64,000 bases of DNA from Gemmatimonadaceae bacterium (GCA_040901985.1 JBBDYC010000007.1:32001-96000), one strand, 5' to 3'. Counted from the first letter of the stretch, positions 11,117-21,422 are shown. Program-made: numbers and translations. The notes: generated by a model not told the origin, from the sequence alone.

Positions 11117-12457
11117 ATGACCTCTCCCCTCCTCGCCTCCGGGCTGCAGCGCCGCATCGGACTCTGGAGTGCGATTGCCGTCGTCATCGGCTCCACCATT
11201 GGCTCGGGGATCTTCCGCTCCCCGGCCGCGATCGCCGACCGGCTCCCCGGGCCGCTCCCGATGCTCAGCTCGTGGATCGCCGGCGGGATCTTCGCGATCT
11301 GCGGCGCGCTCACGATCGCCGAGATCTCCAGCGCGCTCCCCCGCACGGGGGGGATCTACGTCTTCCTGAAGCAGGGGTGGGGCGATCTCTCGGCGTTCGT
11401 CTTTGGGTGGGCGCAGCTCGTGATGATCCGTGCCGCCTCGCTCGGCGCGATCGCCATCACCTGCTCGGAGTATTTCTTCCGGGTGATGGGGTGGGACCTT
11501 TCGCTGGTGATGCCGGTGCGCTGGGCGGCCGCGGCGGCAATCCTCCTCACCGCGACCTTCAACATCCTCGGCGTGCGCGTCGGTGCCGCGTTCACCAACA
11601 TCACCGTCCTCGCCAAGTACGGCGGACTCCTCTTCATCATTGTGGTTGCGTTCGCCATCGGGCTGCCGCAGACCGGGGGCGGACACTACTTCCCGTTGGT
11701 GCCGCCCGGGAGCTTTGCCATCCCGGCCTTCGGCCTCGCCCTGGTGAGCACGCTCTGGGCCTTCGACGGCTGGGCCGACCTGTCCTACAACGGCGGCGAG
11801 GTCCAAGACCCCCAGCGCAACCTCCCCCGGGCGCTGATTGGCGGGACGCTGGCGGTCATCGCCATCTATATCCTGGCCAATCTTGCCTACCTCGCCGTGC
11901 TGCCGATCGAGGAGATGCGCACGTCGCGACTCGTGGCGGCCGACGTGGCCGAGCGGGTGATCGGGCCAGCGGGGGTGGTCTTTGTGTCGGTGACGGTGAT
12001 GGTCTCGACCTTCGGGACGCTCAACGCCGTGCTTTTCACGAGCCCGCGGATCTTTTTCGCGATGGCCGACGACGGACTGTTCTTCAAGCCGGTGGCGGCG
12101 GTGCACCCGACGCTCGGCACTCCGTGGGTGGCGATCGTCCTCACCGCGGCACTCGGCGCGATCTTCGTGCTGCTCCGGACGTTCGAGCAGCTGGCCGACG
12201 CCTTCGTGACGGCCTTCCTGCCGTTCTACTTCCTCGCCGTGGCGAGCATCTTCCGTCTGCGCGGCCGTCCCGACTACCAGCCCTCGTTCCGCGTCCCGTT
12301 CTACCCACTGGTCCCGGCGCTGTTTATGGTGGCGGTGCTCTATCTCCTGGGGAATGCGTTGATCCAGGAGAGCAGCCGGTGGCAGACAGTCGGGGTGTTG
12401 ACCGTCTGCCTGACCGGGGTGCCGGTCTATTTCGCGACCGTCGGCCGGAAGCGGTAA
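11117..12457 (+). CDS. APC-family amino acid permease
   Basis: IGSGIF, GGIYVFL, WAFDGW, GEVQDPQRNLP motifs; about 12 TM helices. Confidence 0.93.
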   Translation: MTSPLLASGLQRRIGLWSAIAVVIGSTIGSGIFRSPAAIADRLPGPLPMLSSWIAGGIFAICGALTIAEISSALPRTGGIYVFLKQGWGDLSAFVFGWAQLVMIRAASLGAIAITCSEYFFRVMGWDLSLVMPVRWAAAAAILLTATFNILGVRVGAAFTNITVLAKYGGLLFIIVVAFAIGLPQTGGGHYFPLVPPGSFAIPAFGLALVSTLWAFDGWADLSYNGGEVQDPQRNLPRALIGGTLAVIAIYILANLAYLAVLPIEEMRTSRLVAADVAERVIGPAGVVFVSVTVMVSTFGTLNAVLFTSPRIFFAMADDGLFFKPVAAVHPTLGTPWVAIVLTAALGAIFVLLRTFEQLADAFVTAFLPFYFLAVASIFRLRGRPDYQPSFRVPFYPLVPALFMVAVLYLLGNALIQESSRWQTVGVLTVCLTGVPVYFATVGRKR

Positions 12458-12582
12458 CGGTTCGGTCGCGGGCGGACTGCGTGACTTGACGGCGCGGCCC
12501 CGGCGGCGGAACATTGACACTATATTATGGCGTCCTTCTGCTGGCGCGTCGCCGCATCCCACCGCAACTGAGGAAAACCCCA

Positions 12583-15500
12583 ATGCAGCGTTGGATTCGC
12601 AGGTTGGCACTCGTCGTCGCGGCCACTGCCGCGGGCGCGCTCGTGGCAGCCGACGCCGCGGCACAGGTGACCACGGGCTCGGTCCGCGGCATCGTGACCG
12701 ACGCGGAGAACCGTCCCCTCGAAGGCGCCCGGATCGTCGCGGTCCACACGCCGTCAGGCACGCGATACATCGGCGTGAGCCGCGCCGACGGGCGGTTCAA
12801 CATCCCCGGGATGCGCGTTGGCGGGCCGTATGCGGTCACCGCCACGATGATTGGGTACGCGCGCCAGGGCCGCGACGACATCATGGTGGCGCTCGGCGCC
12901 GCCGCCGACCTGCAGTTCCGGATGACCGCGGTGGCCACGCAGCTGGCGCAGGTGACCGTGACGTCCGAGGGCGGTGAGATGAGCTCGACGCGGACGGGGG
13001 CGGCGACGCAGGTGCGGCGCGACCAGATCCAGGCATTGCCGACGGTGGGCCGCCGGCTTGCGGACTTCACCCGCCTGACGCCGCAGGCGCAAGGCAACGG
13101 CACCTCGTTTGCCGGCTACGACGACCGCCTGAACAACATCACGGTGGACGGCGCGGCCTTCAACAACTCGTTCGGCCTCGCGGGCTCGCCGGGCGACCGT
13201 ACGCGTGTCGCACCGATCTCGATGGACGCCATCGAGGCGGTCCAGGTCAACATTGCTCCGTTTGACGTCCGCCAGGCCGGCTTCGTGGGCGCCGGGGTGA
13301 ACACGGTGACGCGCAGCGGCACCAACACCTGGCACGGGGCGCTCTACTACACCACCCGAGACAACGAGATGGTGGGCACCAAGGCAGGTCCGGGCACCTT
13401 CAACCCGGGCACGTTCGACTTCAACCTCCTTGGCGTCACCGTCGGCGGCCCGATCCTCAAGGACAAGCTCTTCTTCTTCGTGAACTACGAGGACGACAAG
13501 GTCGAGTCGCCGTTGACGACGCTCCGCGCCAACACCGGCAGTGAGCCGATTGGTGGCAACGTCACCCGCGTGCTCGAGTCCGACCTGACCGCGTTGCAGA
13601 ATTACATGGCGACCAACTTCGGGCGCACCCTCGGCGCCTTCCAGGGCTATCCGGGGCTGACGCCGTCGGCCCGCCTCACCTTTAAGATTGACTATGCGCT
13701 GAGCGAGCGGAACAAGTTCTCGGTCCGGTACTCGCAGCTGGAGTCGTCAACCGACAATCGGACCTCCGGCTCGTCGTCCCTCGGCTTCTCGGGCGGGCGC
13801 GGACAGGGTACCAACTGGTTGGGCTTCCAGGGCAGCAATTACTCGATTCTCGAGAACATCGATTCATATAGCGCCGAGTGGAATTCGTTGATCACGGATC
13901 GGATGTCCAATCAGCTCGTCATCACGTCAACCAAGCACGACGAGAGCCGCGGCCCAATTGGCACGCTCTTCCCATTCGTGGACATCCTGCAGGGCGGGTC
14001 CGCCTACACGTCGCTCGGCTCCGAGCCGTTCACGCCGAACAACGAACTGCGCTACAGCAGCACCCAGATCCAGAACAACTTCACGATCTTCGGTCGGGCG
14101 CACGACCTGACGTTCGGCTTCAGCGTCGAGAAGTACGAGTCCGAGAACGTCTTCTTCCCCGGGAGCCAGAGCGCCTACGTCTACAACTCGCTGGCGGACT
14201 TCTACTCGGACCTCGACGGCTTCCTGGCCGCGTGTCCGGTGCAGGCCACCTGGGCGACCTGCTCCCGTCCCGCGTCGCCAGTCACCTTGAACCGGTTCCA
14301 GGTCCGCTGGGCCAACATCCCCGGGATGACCAAGCCGATCCAGCCGCTCGAGGTGACGTACTCGGGCGTCTATGCACAGGATGAGTGGCGCGTCCGTTCG
14401 AACCTCAAGCTGGTCGCCGGCTTGCGCGTTGACATGGCCTCGTTCGGCGCCACCGGTTTTGAGAACCCGAATACCAATGCAATGACGTTCCGGGACGAGG
14501 ACGGCAATAACGTCCAGTACGAGACCCAGCACCTTCCTGATGCCAAGCCACTCTTTTCGCCACGCGTCGGCTTTAACTACGACCTCCGTGGCAACGGCGT
14601 GACCGTCATCCGCGGCGGAACCGGCGTCTTCACCGGCCGACCGGCGTACGTCTGGATCTCCAACCAGATCGGTGAGAACGGGATGCTGACGGGTTTTGAG
14701 CAATTGAACAGCACCACGACACGGCCGTTCCACCCGGACCCGGACCACTACAAGCCGGCCACGGTGACCGGCGCTCCGGCGACGTCCACCGGGCTTGCCA
14801 TCACCGACAACGGTTTCAAGTTTCCCCAGGTCTGGCGCACCAGCCTCGGCATTGACCACCGCTTTGCCTCCGGGTGGCGCGGCACGTTGGACTTCCTCTG
14901 GGGCCGCGACGTAAACGGCATTTACTACATCAATGCCAACCTGCCGGCGGCGCAAACTGCCTTTGTCGGGCCGGATACGCGCAGCCGCTGGACGTCCAAC
15001 CGCATCAACGCCACTGTGACCAGCGCGATCGTGATGAAGAACCAGAACATCGGCGAGTCGTACAGCGCCGCCCTGTCGCTGGAACGGACGTGGGACACGG
15101 GCTTCTTCACCAAGTTCGCGACGGCGTACGGCGATTCGAAGAACACCATTGACCCCGGCAGCATCGCGTCCGGTTCGTGGTTCAACAACGTCCAGTCGGA
15201 TGACCCCAACAACCCGGGGCTCGGCCGATCGAGCAACTTCCAGGGCCGCCGCTCGTTCGTGGCCATCGCCTACACGCGGGATTTCTTTGGCTGGGGCGAC
15301 ACGAAGGTGTCCACGTTCATCGAGAATCGCACGCAGGGGAGCGTGAGCTACCGCTTCTCGAACGATGCCAACGGCGACGGTGGGTCGAACGACCTGCTGT
15401 ATATCCCGAGGGACGCCAGCGAGATGAACTTCCAGGCGTTCACGCAGGGCACCCGGACGTACACCGTGGCGGAGCAGCAAGCGGCGTGGGACGCCTACAT

Positions 15501-15894
15501 CAATCAGGATCCGTACTTGCGGACGCGTCGCGGCCAGTACGCCGAGCGAAACGGGCTCATTTTGCCGCAGATCACACGCATGGACGTGAGCTTCTCGCAG
15601 GACATCAGCCGGTTGGTCTCCGGTCAGCGGAATTCCCTGCAGTTCCGGGTGGACGTCCTGAACTTCACCAATATGATCAACTCGGATTGGGGCGGCGGCG
15701 TTCGGGTCATCGATGTGTCGCCGCTTACGTCGGTGGCGCCCACGACCGGGGTGGATCCGAAGGCCGGACACCTGCGGTACACGATGCGCACCATCAGTTC
15801 AGGCGGACCGCTCGTCTCGCAGACCTACCAGAAGACCGCGTTCGAAGGCGACGTGTGGCGGATGCAGTTCGGGTTCCGGTATACGTTCAATTGA
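12583..15894 (+). CDS. TonB-dependent receptor, Oar-like, with N-terminal carboxypeptidase-regulatory-like domain
   Basis: Signal peptide, GGPY domain, plug NNITVDGA..NN.FG and VNTVTRSGTN, C-terminal FGFRYTF; RBS GAGGA. Confidence 0.92.
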   Translation: MQRWIRRLALVVAATAAGALVAADAAAQVTTGSVRGIVTDAENRPLEGARIVAVHTPSGTRYIGVSRADGRFNIPGMRVGGPYAVTATMIGYARQGRDDIMVALGAAADLQFRMTAVATQLAQVTVTSEGGEMSSTRTGAATQVRRDQIQALPTVGRRLADFTRLTPQAQGNGTSFAGYDDRLNNITVDGAAFNNSFGLAGSPGDRTRVAPISMDAIEAVQVNIAPFDVRQAGFVGAGVNTVTRSGTNTWHGALYYTTRDNEMVGTKAGPGTFNPGTFDFNLLGVTVGGPILKDKLFFFVNYEDDKVESPLTTLRANTGSEPIGGNVTRVLESDLTALQNYMATNFGRTLGAFQGYPGLTPSARLTFKIDYALSERNKFSVRYSQLESSTDNRTSGSSSLGFSGGRGQGTNWLGFQGSNYSILENIDSYSAEWNSLITDRMSNQLVITSTKHDESRGPIGTLFPFVDILQGGSAYTSLGSEPFTPNNELRYSSTQIQNNFTIFGRAHDLTFGFSVEKYESENVFFPGSQSAYVYNSLADFYSDLDGFLAACPVQATWATCSRPASPVTLNRFQVRWANIPGMTKPIQPLEVTYSGVYAQDEWRVRSNLKLVAGLRVDMASFGATGFENPNTNAMTFRDEDGNNVQYETQHLPDAKPLFSPRVGFNYDLRGNGVTVIRGGTGVFTGRPAYVWISNQIGENGMLTGFEQLNSTTTRPFHPDPDHYKPATVTGAPATSTGLAITDNGFKFPQVWRTSLGIDHRFASGWRGTLDFLWGRDVNGIYYINANLPAAQTAFVGPDTRSRWTSNRINATVTSAIVMKNQNIGESYSAALSLERTWDTGFFTKFATAYGDSKNTIDPGSIASGSWFNNVQSDDPNNPGLGRSSNFQGRRSFVAIAYTRDFFGWGDTKVSTFIENRTQGSVSYRFSNDANGDGGSNDLLYIPRDASEMNFQAFTQGTRTYTVAEQQAAWDAYINQDPYLRTRRGQYAERNGLILPQITRMDVSFSQDISRLVSGQRNSLQFRVDVLNFTNMINSDWGGGVRVIDVSPLTSVAPTTGVDPKAGHLRYTMRTISSGGPLVSQTYQKTAFEGDVWRMQFGFRYTFN

Positions 15895-15912
15895 TGGCGT
15901 AGTTGACCCAGT

Positions 15913-15956
15913 AACGACGAAGCCCCGGCAGCTCTCGCTGCGGGGGCTTCGTCGTT
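15913..15956. terminator. Probable bidirectional intrinsic terminator
   Basis: Long inverted repeat AACGACGAAGCCCC...GGGGCTTCGTCGTT between convergent genes. Confidence 0.85.
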
Positions 15957-15980
15957 GTCCTCACCCCTCACCCCTGTGGT

Positions 15981-16862
15981 TCAGAAGATTGACAGCTTGA
16001 TGTACTTCCTCGGATTCCGCTGAAAATCCGCCGTCAGCGAATCCAGCCGCGTCAGCAGCGCCCGCGTGTCCCGATAGAGTCCCGGATCGTTCATCAGCAG
16101 CCCGGCCGAGCCCTCGGTCCCCTCCAGCCGCGCCAGCACCCGGTCCAGCCCCGCCGTCGTCGTCCGCAGCTCCGTCGCCAGCTGTCCGACGTTCGTCGCC
16201 GCGCTCGAGAGCGCCCGCACGGTGCTGTCCACGGTCGCCGAGTCCACTGCGGTCGCCACGCGGCGCAACGCCTCCTGCGTCCGCGTCAGCTCCGCCGACT
16301 GCTTCTCGGCCACGGCGCCGAGGGTCCCGATCAGCGCGTTGGCGTTGGCAATCGTCCGCCGAAGGTCGGCGAAGCCGCGCCCGGTCACGAACTCCCGGTT
16401 GAGCTCGCGCGTCAGTGCCTGCAGGTCGCGGCCGATCGAGTCCACGCGGTCGAGCACATCGCCCACCTGCGCGCTTGGCGTCCCCGACGGGATTGTGTCC
16501 CCCGGCGAGAAATCCTCGTCGGTCATCTCCCCGGGCATCAGCGCCACCATCATATCGCCGAAGACGCCGTTGGGGACGATCCGCGCGGTCGTGGTCAGTG
16601 GCACCCCGTACTTCTTGCCGATTCGCATTGCCACGACGAGGTCGCCGTCGCGACGGAACGCGACGTCGTCCACATAGCCGACCGAAACCCCCGAGAGGAG
16701 CACCGGCTGGCCGGGCCGCAGTCCGGAGCCCCAAGCGAAGACGGAATAGACCGGGTACCCCGGCACGAGTCCGCCGCGGGCCAGATAGAGGGATCCGGCC
16801 ACCGCCACCCCGAAGGCGACCGTCGCCATCATCCCCACGAGCACTTCGTCGCGTCGCTTCAT
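15981..16862 (-). CDS. mlaD: MCE/MlaD family protein
   Basis: N-terminal TM, GLRPGQPVLLSGVSVGYV MCE motif, helical tail with GSAGLLMND. Confidence 0.88.
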   Translation of the reverse strand: MKRRDEVLVGMMATVAFGVAVAGSLYLARGGLVPGYPVYSVFAWGSGLRPGQPVLLSGVSVGYVDDVAFRRDGDLVVAMRIGKKYGVPLTTTARIVPNGVFGDMMVALMPGEMTDEDFSPGDTIPSGTPSAQVGDVLDRVDSIGRDLQALTRELNREFVTGRGFADLRRTIANANALIGTLGAVAEKQSAELTRTQEALRRVATAVDSATVDSTVRALSSAATNVGQLATELRTTTAGLDRVLARLEGTEGSAGLLMNDPGLYRDTRALLTRLDSLTADFQRNPRKYIKLSIF

Positions 16863-17698
16863 CCCTGAAGGTAAGGTGCGAGGAGGACCGCCGTGATGGC
16901 GTCGAGGATCAGGATGGCAATCGAGGAGACGACCACCGCCTTGGCCGTGCTCCGCCCGACCCCCTCGGCGCCGCCGCGCGTCGTGTAGCCCTCGTAGGTG
17001 CAGAGGAAGGCGATCGCGCCGCCGAAGAGCGTCGCCTTGATCAGGCTGTACGTGATCTGGAACTGGTCGAACCCGAGCCGCACCCCCTCCATGAACTGCG
17101 AGTACTGGACGTCGGTGATCGTCACCGCGGCCATCAGGCCGGAGAAGACGCCGAAGAAGTTGGCGAAGACCGTCAGGACCGGCAACATCAGGATGGACGC
17201 GATGATCCGTGGCACGACAAGGAAGGCCACCGGGTCGAACGCCAGCGTCTCGAGGGCGTCAATCTGCTCGGTCACCCGCATCGTCGCGATCTCGGCAGTC
17301 ATCTTCGCGCCGACGCGGCCGGCGAGCACGAGGCCCGTCAGCAGCGGCCCGGTCTCGAGGATCACGATCTGGCGCGACGAGAGGCCGACGATCGAGAGCT
17401 GGATGCCGGGGAAGAGCTGGTAGCGGATCTGGATGGTGATCACGCCGCCGATGAACGCCGCCACCATGATCGCCAGGGGGAGCGAGTCCACGCCGATCAC
17501 CCGCATCTGATGGAAGACCTCGCGGCTCCACGTACGGCCCTCACGCAGCGCCCGGCCGATCTCGCGGCAGAAGAGCACGCGCGCCCCGATCCCCTCGAGG
17601 AGCGCCAGCGCGCCGTGCCCCATCATCCGGAAGAACCGCAGCCCGGAGCGCTGGACGATCGGGAACGACGCGGTGGGGCGGCGAGTGCGGGAATCCAA
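16859..17698 (-). CDS. mlaE: MlaE-family ABC permease
   Basis: ETGPLLTGLVLAGRVGA, MRVTEQIDALE, GAEGVGRST; start uncertain. Confidence 0.92.
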   Translation of the reverse strand: MDSRTRRPTASFPIVQRSGLRFFRMMGHGALALLEGIGARVLFCREIGRALREGRTWSREVFHQMRVIGVDSLPLAIMVAAFIGGVITIQIRYQLFPGIQLSIVGLSSRQIVILETGPLLTGLVLAGRVGAKMTAEIATMRVTEQIDALETLAFDPVAFLVVPRIIASILMLPVLTVFANFFGVFSGLMAAVTITDVQYSQFMEGVRLGFDQFQITYSLIKATLFGGAIAFLCTYEGYTTRGGAEGVGRSTAKAVVVSSIAILILDAITAVLLAPYLQG

Positions 17699-18784
17699 TC
17701 AGGTCCTGACCTTGACGAGGAGGAAGGTGCCGAGGCCGGCGAACAGCATTCCCGGCAGCCAGGCGGCGAGCTCGGGCATCACCAGCCCGCTCGCCCCGAT
17801 GGCCTGCGTCAGCTGCAGCAGCACGAGGAAAACTACGGTGGTGGCGAGGCTGACCGCCACGCCGTAGGCGGTGCCGCCGCGCTGCGTGCTGGTCGCCAGC
17901 GGCGCGCCGATCAGCATGATGATCACGCAGGTCACGGGAATCGCGATCTTCAGCATTCGCTCCACCCGCAGCTTGCGCACATCGGCCCCTGAACGCTCCA
18001 TCGCCGCGATGAAGCGGCCGAGGTCGCGGTACCCCATCTCGGCCGGCGCCTTGGGGTTGGCCATCAGGTGCACCGGCTGCTCGGTGAAATGTCGGTCGCG
18101 CAGCGAGTCGAACTGGATGCTTACGTTGGAGAGCGAGTCGGGGAGGATGTGGACCCAGCCGTCGCTCAGCTGCCACCCCGCCGCTGCCCGCCAGGCCCCC
18201 TCGCGCGCGGTGACGAGATAGGTCGGGTAGTCCGGTCCGACGCCGCGCCGCTCGACCTCCACCCTGGAGAGCGTCTGGGTCACGACGTCGGCGTAGCCGA
18301 TCTTGTAGACGCGGCCCTCGTCGGCGGCGTAGGCGAAGTTCGAGCGCTGGTTGGCCGCCCGCACCTGCTTCTCCTTCAGCAGTTCGAGGCGCCGCGAGTT
18401 GAGCGGCGGGATGATCTCGGCGAGCCCCAGTCCGAGGAACGTCGCCGCGACCGCGCCCAGCGCGATCGGCAGGATGAACCGATGGAAGCTGATCCCCGAC
18501 GCCTTGGCCGCCGTGATCTCGCTGTGGCGCGTGAATCCGCCGACGGTGAAGACGGTCGCGAAGAGCACCGCCGCCGGCAGGACGAGGAACATCGTGTCCG
18601 GGATCCCATACAGGTACGCCAGGGCGATGTCGCGCACCGTGAGCTCGCGCGCGAAGTAGTTGTCCATCTTCTCCGAGATATCAATGACGATGACGAGGAG
18701 CGGGAACCCGAGCGCGGTGGCGGCGAGGACCTTCCAGAACTCGACGAGGACGTACCGGTCGAGCGGTCTGAGAATGCGCCTCAC
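17699..18784 (-). CDS. lptG: LPS export ABC permease LptG
   Basis: LDRYV start, SEITAAKASGIS, LAAWLP; GTG overlaps lptF stop. Confidence 0.85.
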   Translation of the reverse strand: MRRILRPLDRYVLVEFWKVLAATALGFPLLVIVIDISEKMDNYFARELTVRDIALAYLYGIPDTMFLVLPAAVLFATVFTVGGFTRHSEITAAKASGISFHRFILPIALGAVAATFLGLGLAEIIPPLNSRRLELLKEKQVRAANQRSNFAYAADEGRVYKIGYADVVTQTLSRVEVERRGVGPDYPTYLVTAREGAWRAAAGWQLSDGWVHILPDSLSNVSIQFDSLRDRHFTEQPVHLMANPKAPAEMGYRDLGRFIAAMERSGADVRKLRVERMLKIAIPVTCVIIMLIGAPLATSTQRGGTAYGVAVSLATTVVFLVLLQLTQAIGASGLVMPELAAWLPGMLFAGLGTFLLVKVRT

Positions 18785-20262
18785 GCGGCCCTCCGCCGCC
18801 GCGCGCGCACGGCGTCGAGCAAGCGGCCCCACCACTCGCTCGTCTCGCTGCCGCGGGGGGTCGATCCCTCGCTCCCCAGCCGCAGGGTCAGCACCACCCC
18901 GACGATCCCCAGGAAGGCATTCGTTCCCCACATCGCGACAAACGGGTCGAGCAAGTTGCGGTCGGCCAGCGCCTCGCCGGCGAGCAGCCCCACGTAATAG
19001 ATGGCAAACACGCCGAGGCTGGCACCGATCGTCAGCCCGACGCCGCCGCGCGGGAAGCGGAGCGCGATCGGCGCGCCGAGAAGCACGAAGACGATGCAGG
19101 CCACCGCGATCGCGAACTTCTTCTCGATCTCCACCCGGAACCGGTCAATGCCGCTCTGGGTGGAGGCGAGCTCGAACCGCAGGCCGCCGACGACGATCGC
19201 GTCGTAGCCCTCCGGCACCTCGGAGCGGATTCCGTCCCGTTGGGTTGCCGGCGGCGGCTGGATGCGCTGCGCGGCCTGGCCGGGCTGTGCCGCCTCGGCC
19301 TCCTTCACCACGCGGAAGTCGCGCCAGGCGCGTTGCGCCGCGCAGTAAATCCCGCTCAGCCCCGGCAGCTCGCGCGGCGGCGTGCCAATCGGTTCGCCCG
19401 GGCGCTGCGCGACCTGCAGGCGCATCCAGATCGTGTCTCGCTGGCCGACGTTCTGCCGCACCCGCCCGTCGAGCTCGCAGATTGTCAGTTCGCGGTCCGA
19501 CTTGTACGCGGCACGGGACTCGTCGCGCGCGAGTCGCGTGGCGACGTCGCGAACGCGGATCAGGTCGCTCCGGAAGAAGCTTCGTTGCAGGCGGCGCGGC
19601 GACTCCTCGGCGAGCTCGGTGGTCGAGCCGTCGTAGAGGGTGAGAATCAGATCCTCGCCGGTGTGCGAGAAGGCCAGCGTGCCGCTCTCGGCGACGACCG
19701 TCCGCCGGCGCTTCGGGTCGGCGAGGTCGTAGATCGTCACGTCGCGCATCCGGTTCGTGCCCGGCTCGATGCGTGCCGCCCGCAGGTAGAGCTGGCCGCG
19801 GACGATCTCGTTGATCACCTGCTCGCTCAACGCGAGCGTCGGCTTCACCCGCGAGATGTCGGCCTGGAGGACCGCCAGGCGGTGGTTCGCGCGCGGCAGG
19901 ACCTGGTCGTTGAAGAGCACCATCCCGCCCGCCAGCACCACCGAGGCGAGGATCACCGGGCGGACGAGACGCTGCATGCTGACGCCGCTCGCCTTGAATG
20001 CCGTGATCTCGTTCTCGGCTGCAAAGCGCGAGAAGGCGTGCAGCGTCGCGACGAGCACCGCCATCGGGAAGGTCATCGCGATCGTGAACGGGATGGACAG
20101 CACCACGAACTCGACGATCACGCTCCACGGCAGCCCCTTGCCGACGAGCTCACCGAAGCGCTTCGCAATGAAGTTGAGCAGGAGCAGCGAGGTCAGCGCC
20201 GAGAGGGCGAAGGCCAGCGGCCCGACGTGCTCACGCAGGATGTAGCGGGTGATGAGTTTCAA
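18781..20262 (-). CDS. lptF: LPS export ABC permease LptF
   Basis: ITRYILRE, ENEITAFKASGVS, EIEKKFAIA, AMWGTN; TTG start inferred. Confidence 0.85.
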   Translation of the reverse strand: MKLITRYILREHVGPLAFALSALTSLLLLNFIAKRFGELVGKGLPWSVIVEFVVLSIPFTIAMTFPMAVLVATLHAFSRFAAENEITAFKASGVSMQRLVRPVILASVVLAGGMVLFNDQVLPRANHRLAVLQADISRVKPTLALSEQVINEIVRGQLYLRAARIEPGTNRMRDVTIYDLADPKRRRTVVAESGTLAFSHTGEDLILTLYDGSTTELAEESPRRLQRSFFRSDLIRVRDVATRLARDESRAAYKSDRELTICELDGRVRQNVGQRDTIWMRLQVAQRPGEPIGTPPRELPGLSGIYCAAQRAWRDFRVVKEAEAAQPGQAAQRIQPPPATQRDGIRSEVPEGYDAIVVGGLRFELASTQSGIDRFRVEIEKKFAIAVACIVFVLLGAPIALRFPRGGVGLTIGASLGVFAIYYVGLLAGEALADRNLLDPFVAMWGTNAFLGIVGVVLTLRLGSEGSTPRGSETSEWWGRLLDAVRARRRRAA

Positions 20263-20416
20263 GGCGAGGCGAGGCGGGTTGGGCGCGAGGCTCCGGGGGC
20301 AGCCGTATATTCCACTGTCCGTCACGGCACGGGCAAGGTGGCGGCGGGCTTCCTACCCCGGGCACGGGCGGCTGGCCGCTTGCCCGCTCCTCAGTCCTTC
20401 TCTCCGGGTCCGGCGT

Positions 20417-21367
20417 ATGCTTCGGTTCGTGCTGCGAGCTCTCCCTGGCCGCCTTGCGGCGCTCTCCCTGGTCACGACGATGGCCGCCTGCAGTGGTTCG
20501 GATGCGTCGGGGCGGGCCGCGGCAGCGAGCCCCCCGGAGTTCGACGGCGCAACGGCAATGGGCTACGTCCGCGCCCAGCTTGCCTTCGGCCCGCGCGTAC
20601 CGGGCACGGCGGCGCATCGGGCGATGGGCGACTGGCTGATTGCCGAGCTCAGCCGCCGTGCCGACACGGTGGTGGTCCAGGAGTGGGTGCACACCACGGC
20701 CGACGGCCAGCGCCTGCCGATGCGCAACATCCTCGCCCGCTTCGCGCCCGGGGCGGGGAACCGCGTGCTCTACGTCGCGCACTGGGATTCGCGGCCGCGG
20801 TCGGAAAAGGCGTCCACCGCGATGGGTCGGCTGGAACCCGTCCCGGGGGCGAACGACGGTGCCTCCGGGGTCGCGATCCTGCTCGGCGTCGCTGACGCGC
20901 TCCGGGCGCGTCCGGCGACCGTCGGCGTGGACCTCCTCTTCGTGGATGGCGAGGACTGGGGCGACTTCGACACCCTCACCGACGTCCTGATCGGCTCCCG
21001 CCACTTCGCGCGGAACCTCCCGGACCCCGGCTACGCGCCGCTCTTCGGCGTGGTCTGGGATCTGGTCGGCGACGCCGACCCGCGGTTTCTCTACGAGTCC
21101 CACTCCGTGCGCGCCGCGCCGGAGGTGGTCCAGCGCGTCTGGTCCACCGCGCGCCGGCTCGGCCACCAGGCGATCTTCATCCCGCGCGAGTATGGCGAGA
21201 TCACCGACGACCATCTCCCGCTGATCGAGGCCGGCCTGCGGGTGATTGACGTGATTGACCTCGACTACCCCTGGCATCACACGCCGGAGGACACCGAGGA
21301 CAAGGTGTCGCAGCGGACGCTCCAGATCGTGGGCGACGTCGCGCTGGCCGTGCTGCGCGAGATCTGA
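20417..21367 (+). CDS. M28-family lipoprotein, glutaminyl-peptide cyclotransferase-like
   Basis: Lipobox MAAC; FGPRVPGT, HWDSRP, GANDGASG, DGEDWG, TDDH, WHHT motifs. Confidence 0.8.
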   Translation: MLRFVLRALPGRLAALSLVTTMAACSGSDASGRAAAASPPEFDGATAMGYVRAQLAFGPRVPGTAAHRAMGDWLIAELSRRADTVVVQEWVHTTADGQRLPMRNILARFAPGAGNRVLYVAHWDSRPRSEKASTAMGRLEPVPGANDGASGVAILLGVADALRARPATVGVDLLFVDGEDWGDFDTLTDVLIGSRHFARNLPDPGYAPLFGVVWDLVGDADPRFLYESHSVRAAPEVVQRVWSTARRLGHQAIFIPREYGEITDDHLPLIEAGLRVIDVIDLDYPWHHTPEDTEDKVSQRTLQIVGDVALAVLREI

Positions 21368-21422
21368 CCCGGGGCGCGATGGTTCGGTGACGCGGCGGCG
21401 CGGTGGGTGGCTAGCGTCCGGC

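Noticed and set aside
12486..12530. Sigma70 promoter from TTGACG/TTGACA and TATATT
   Set aside because: Spacing between the -35 and -10 candidates does not fit 16-18 bp, so no confident call
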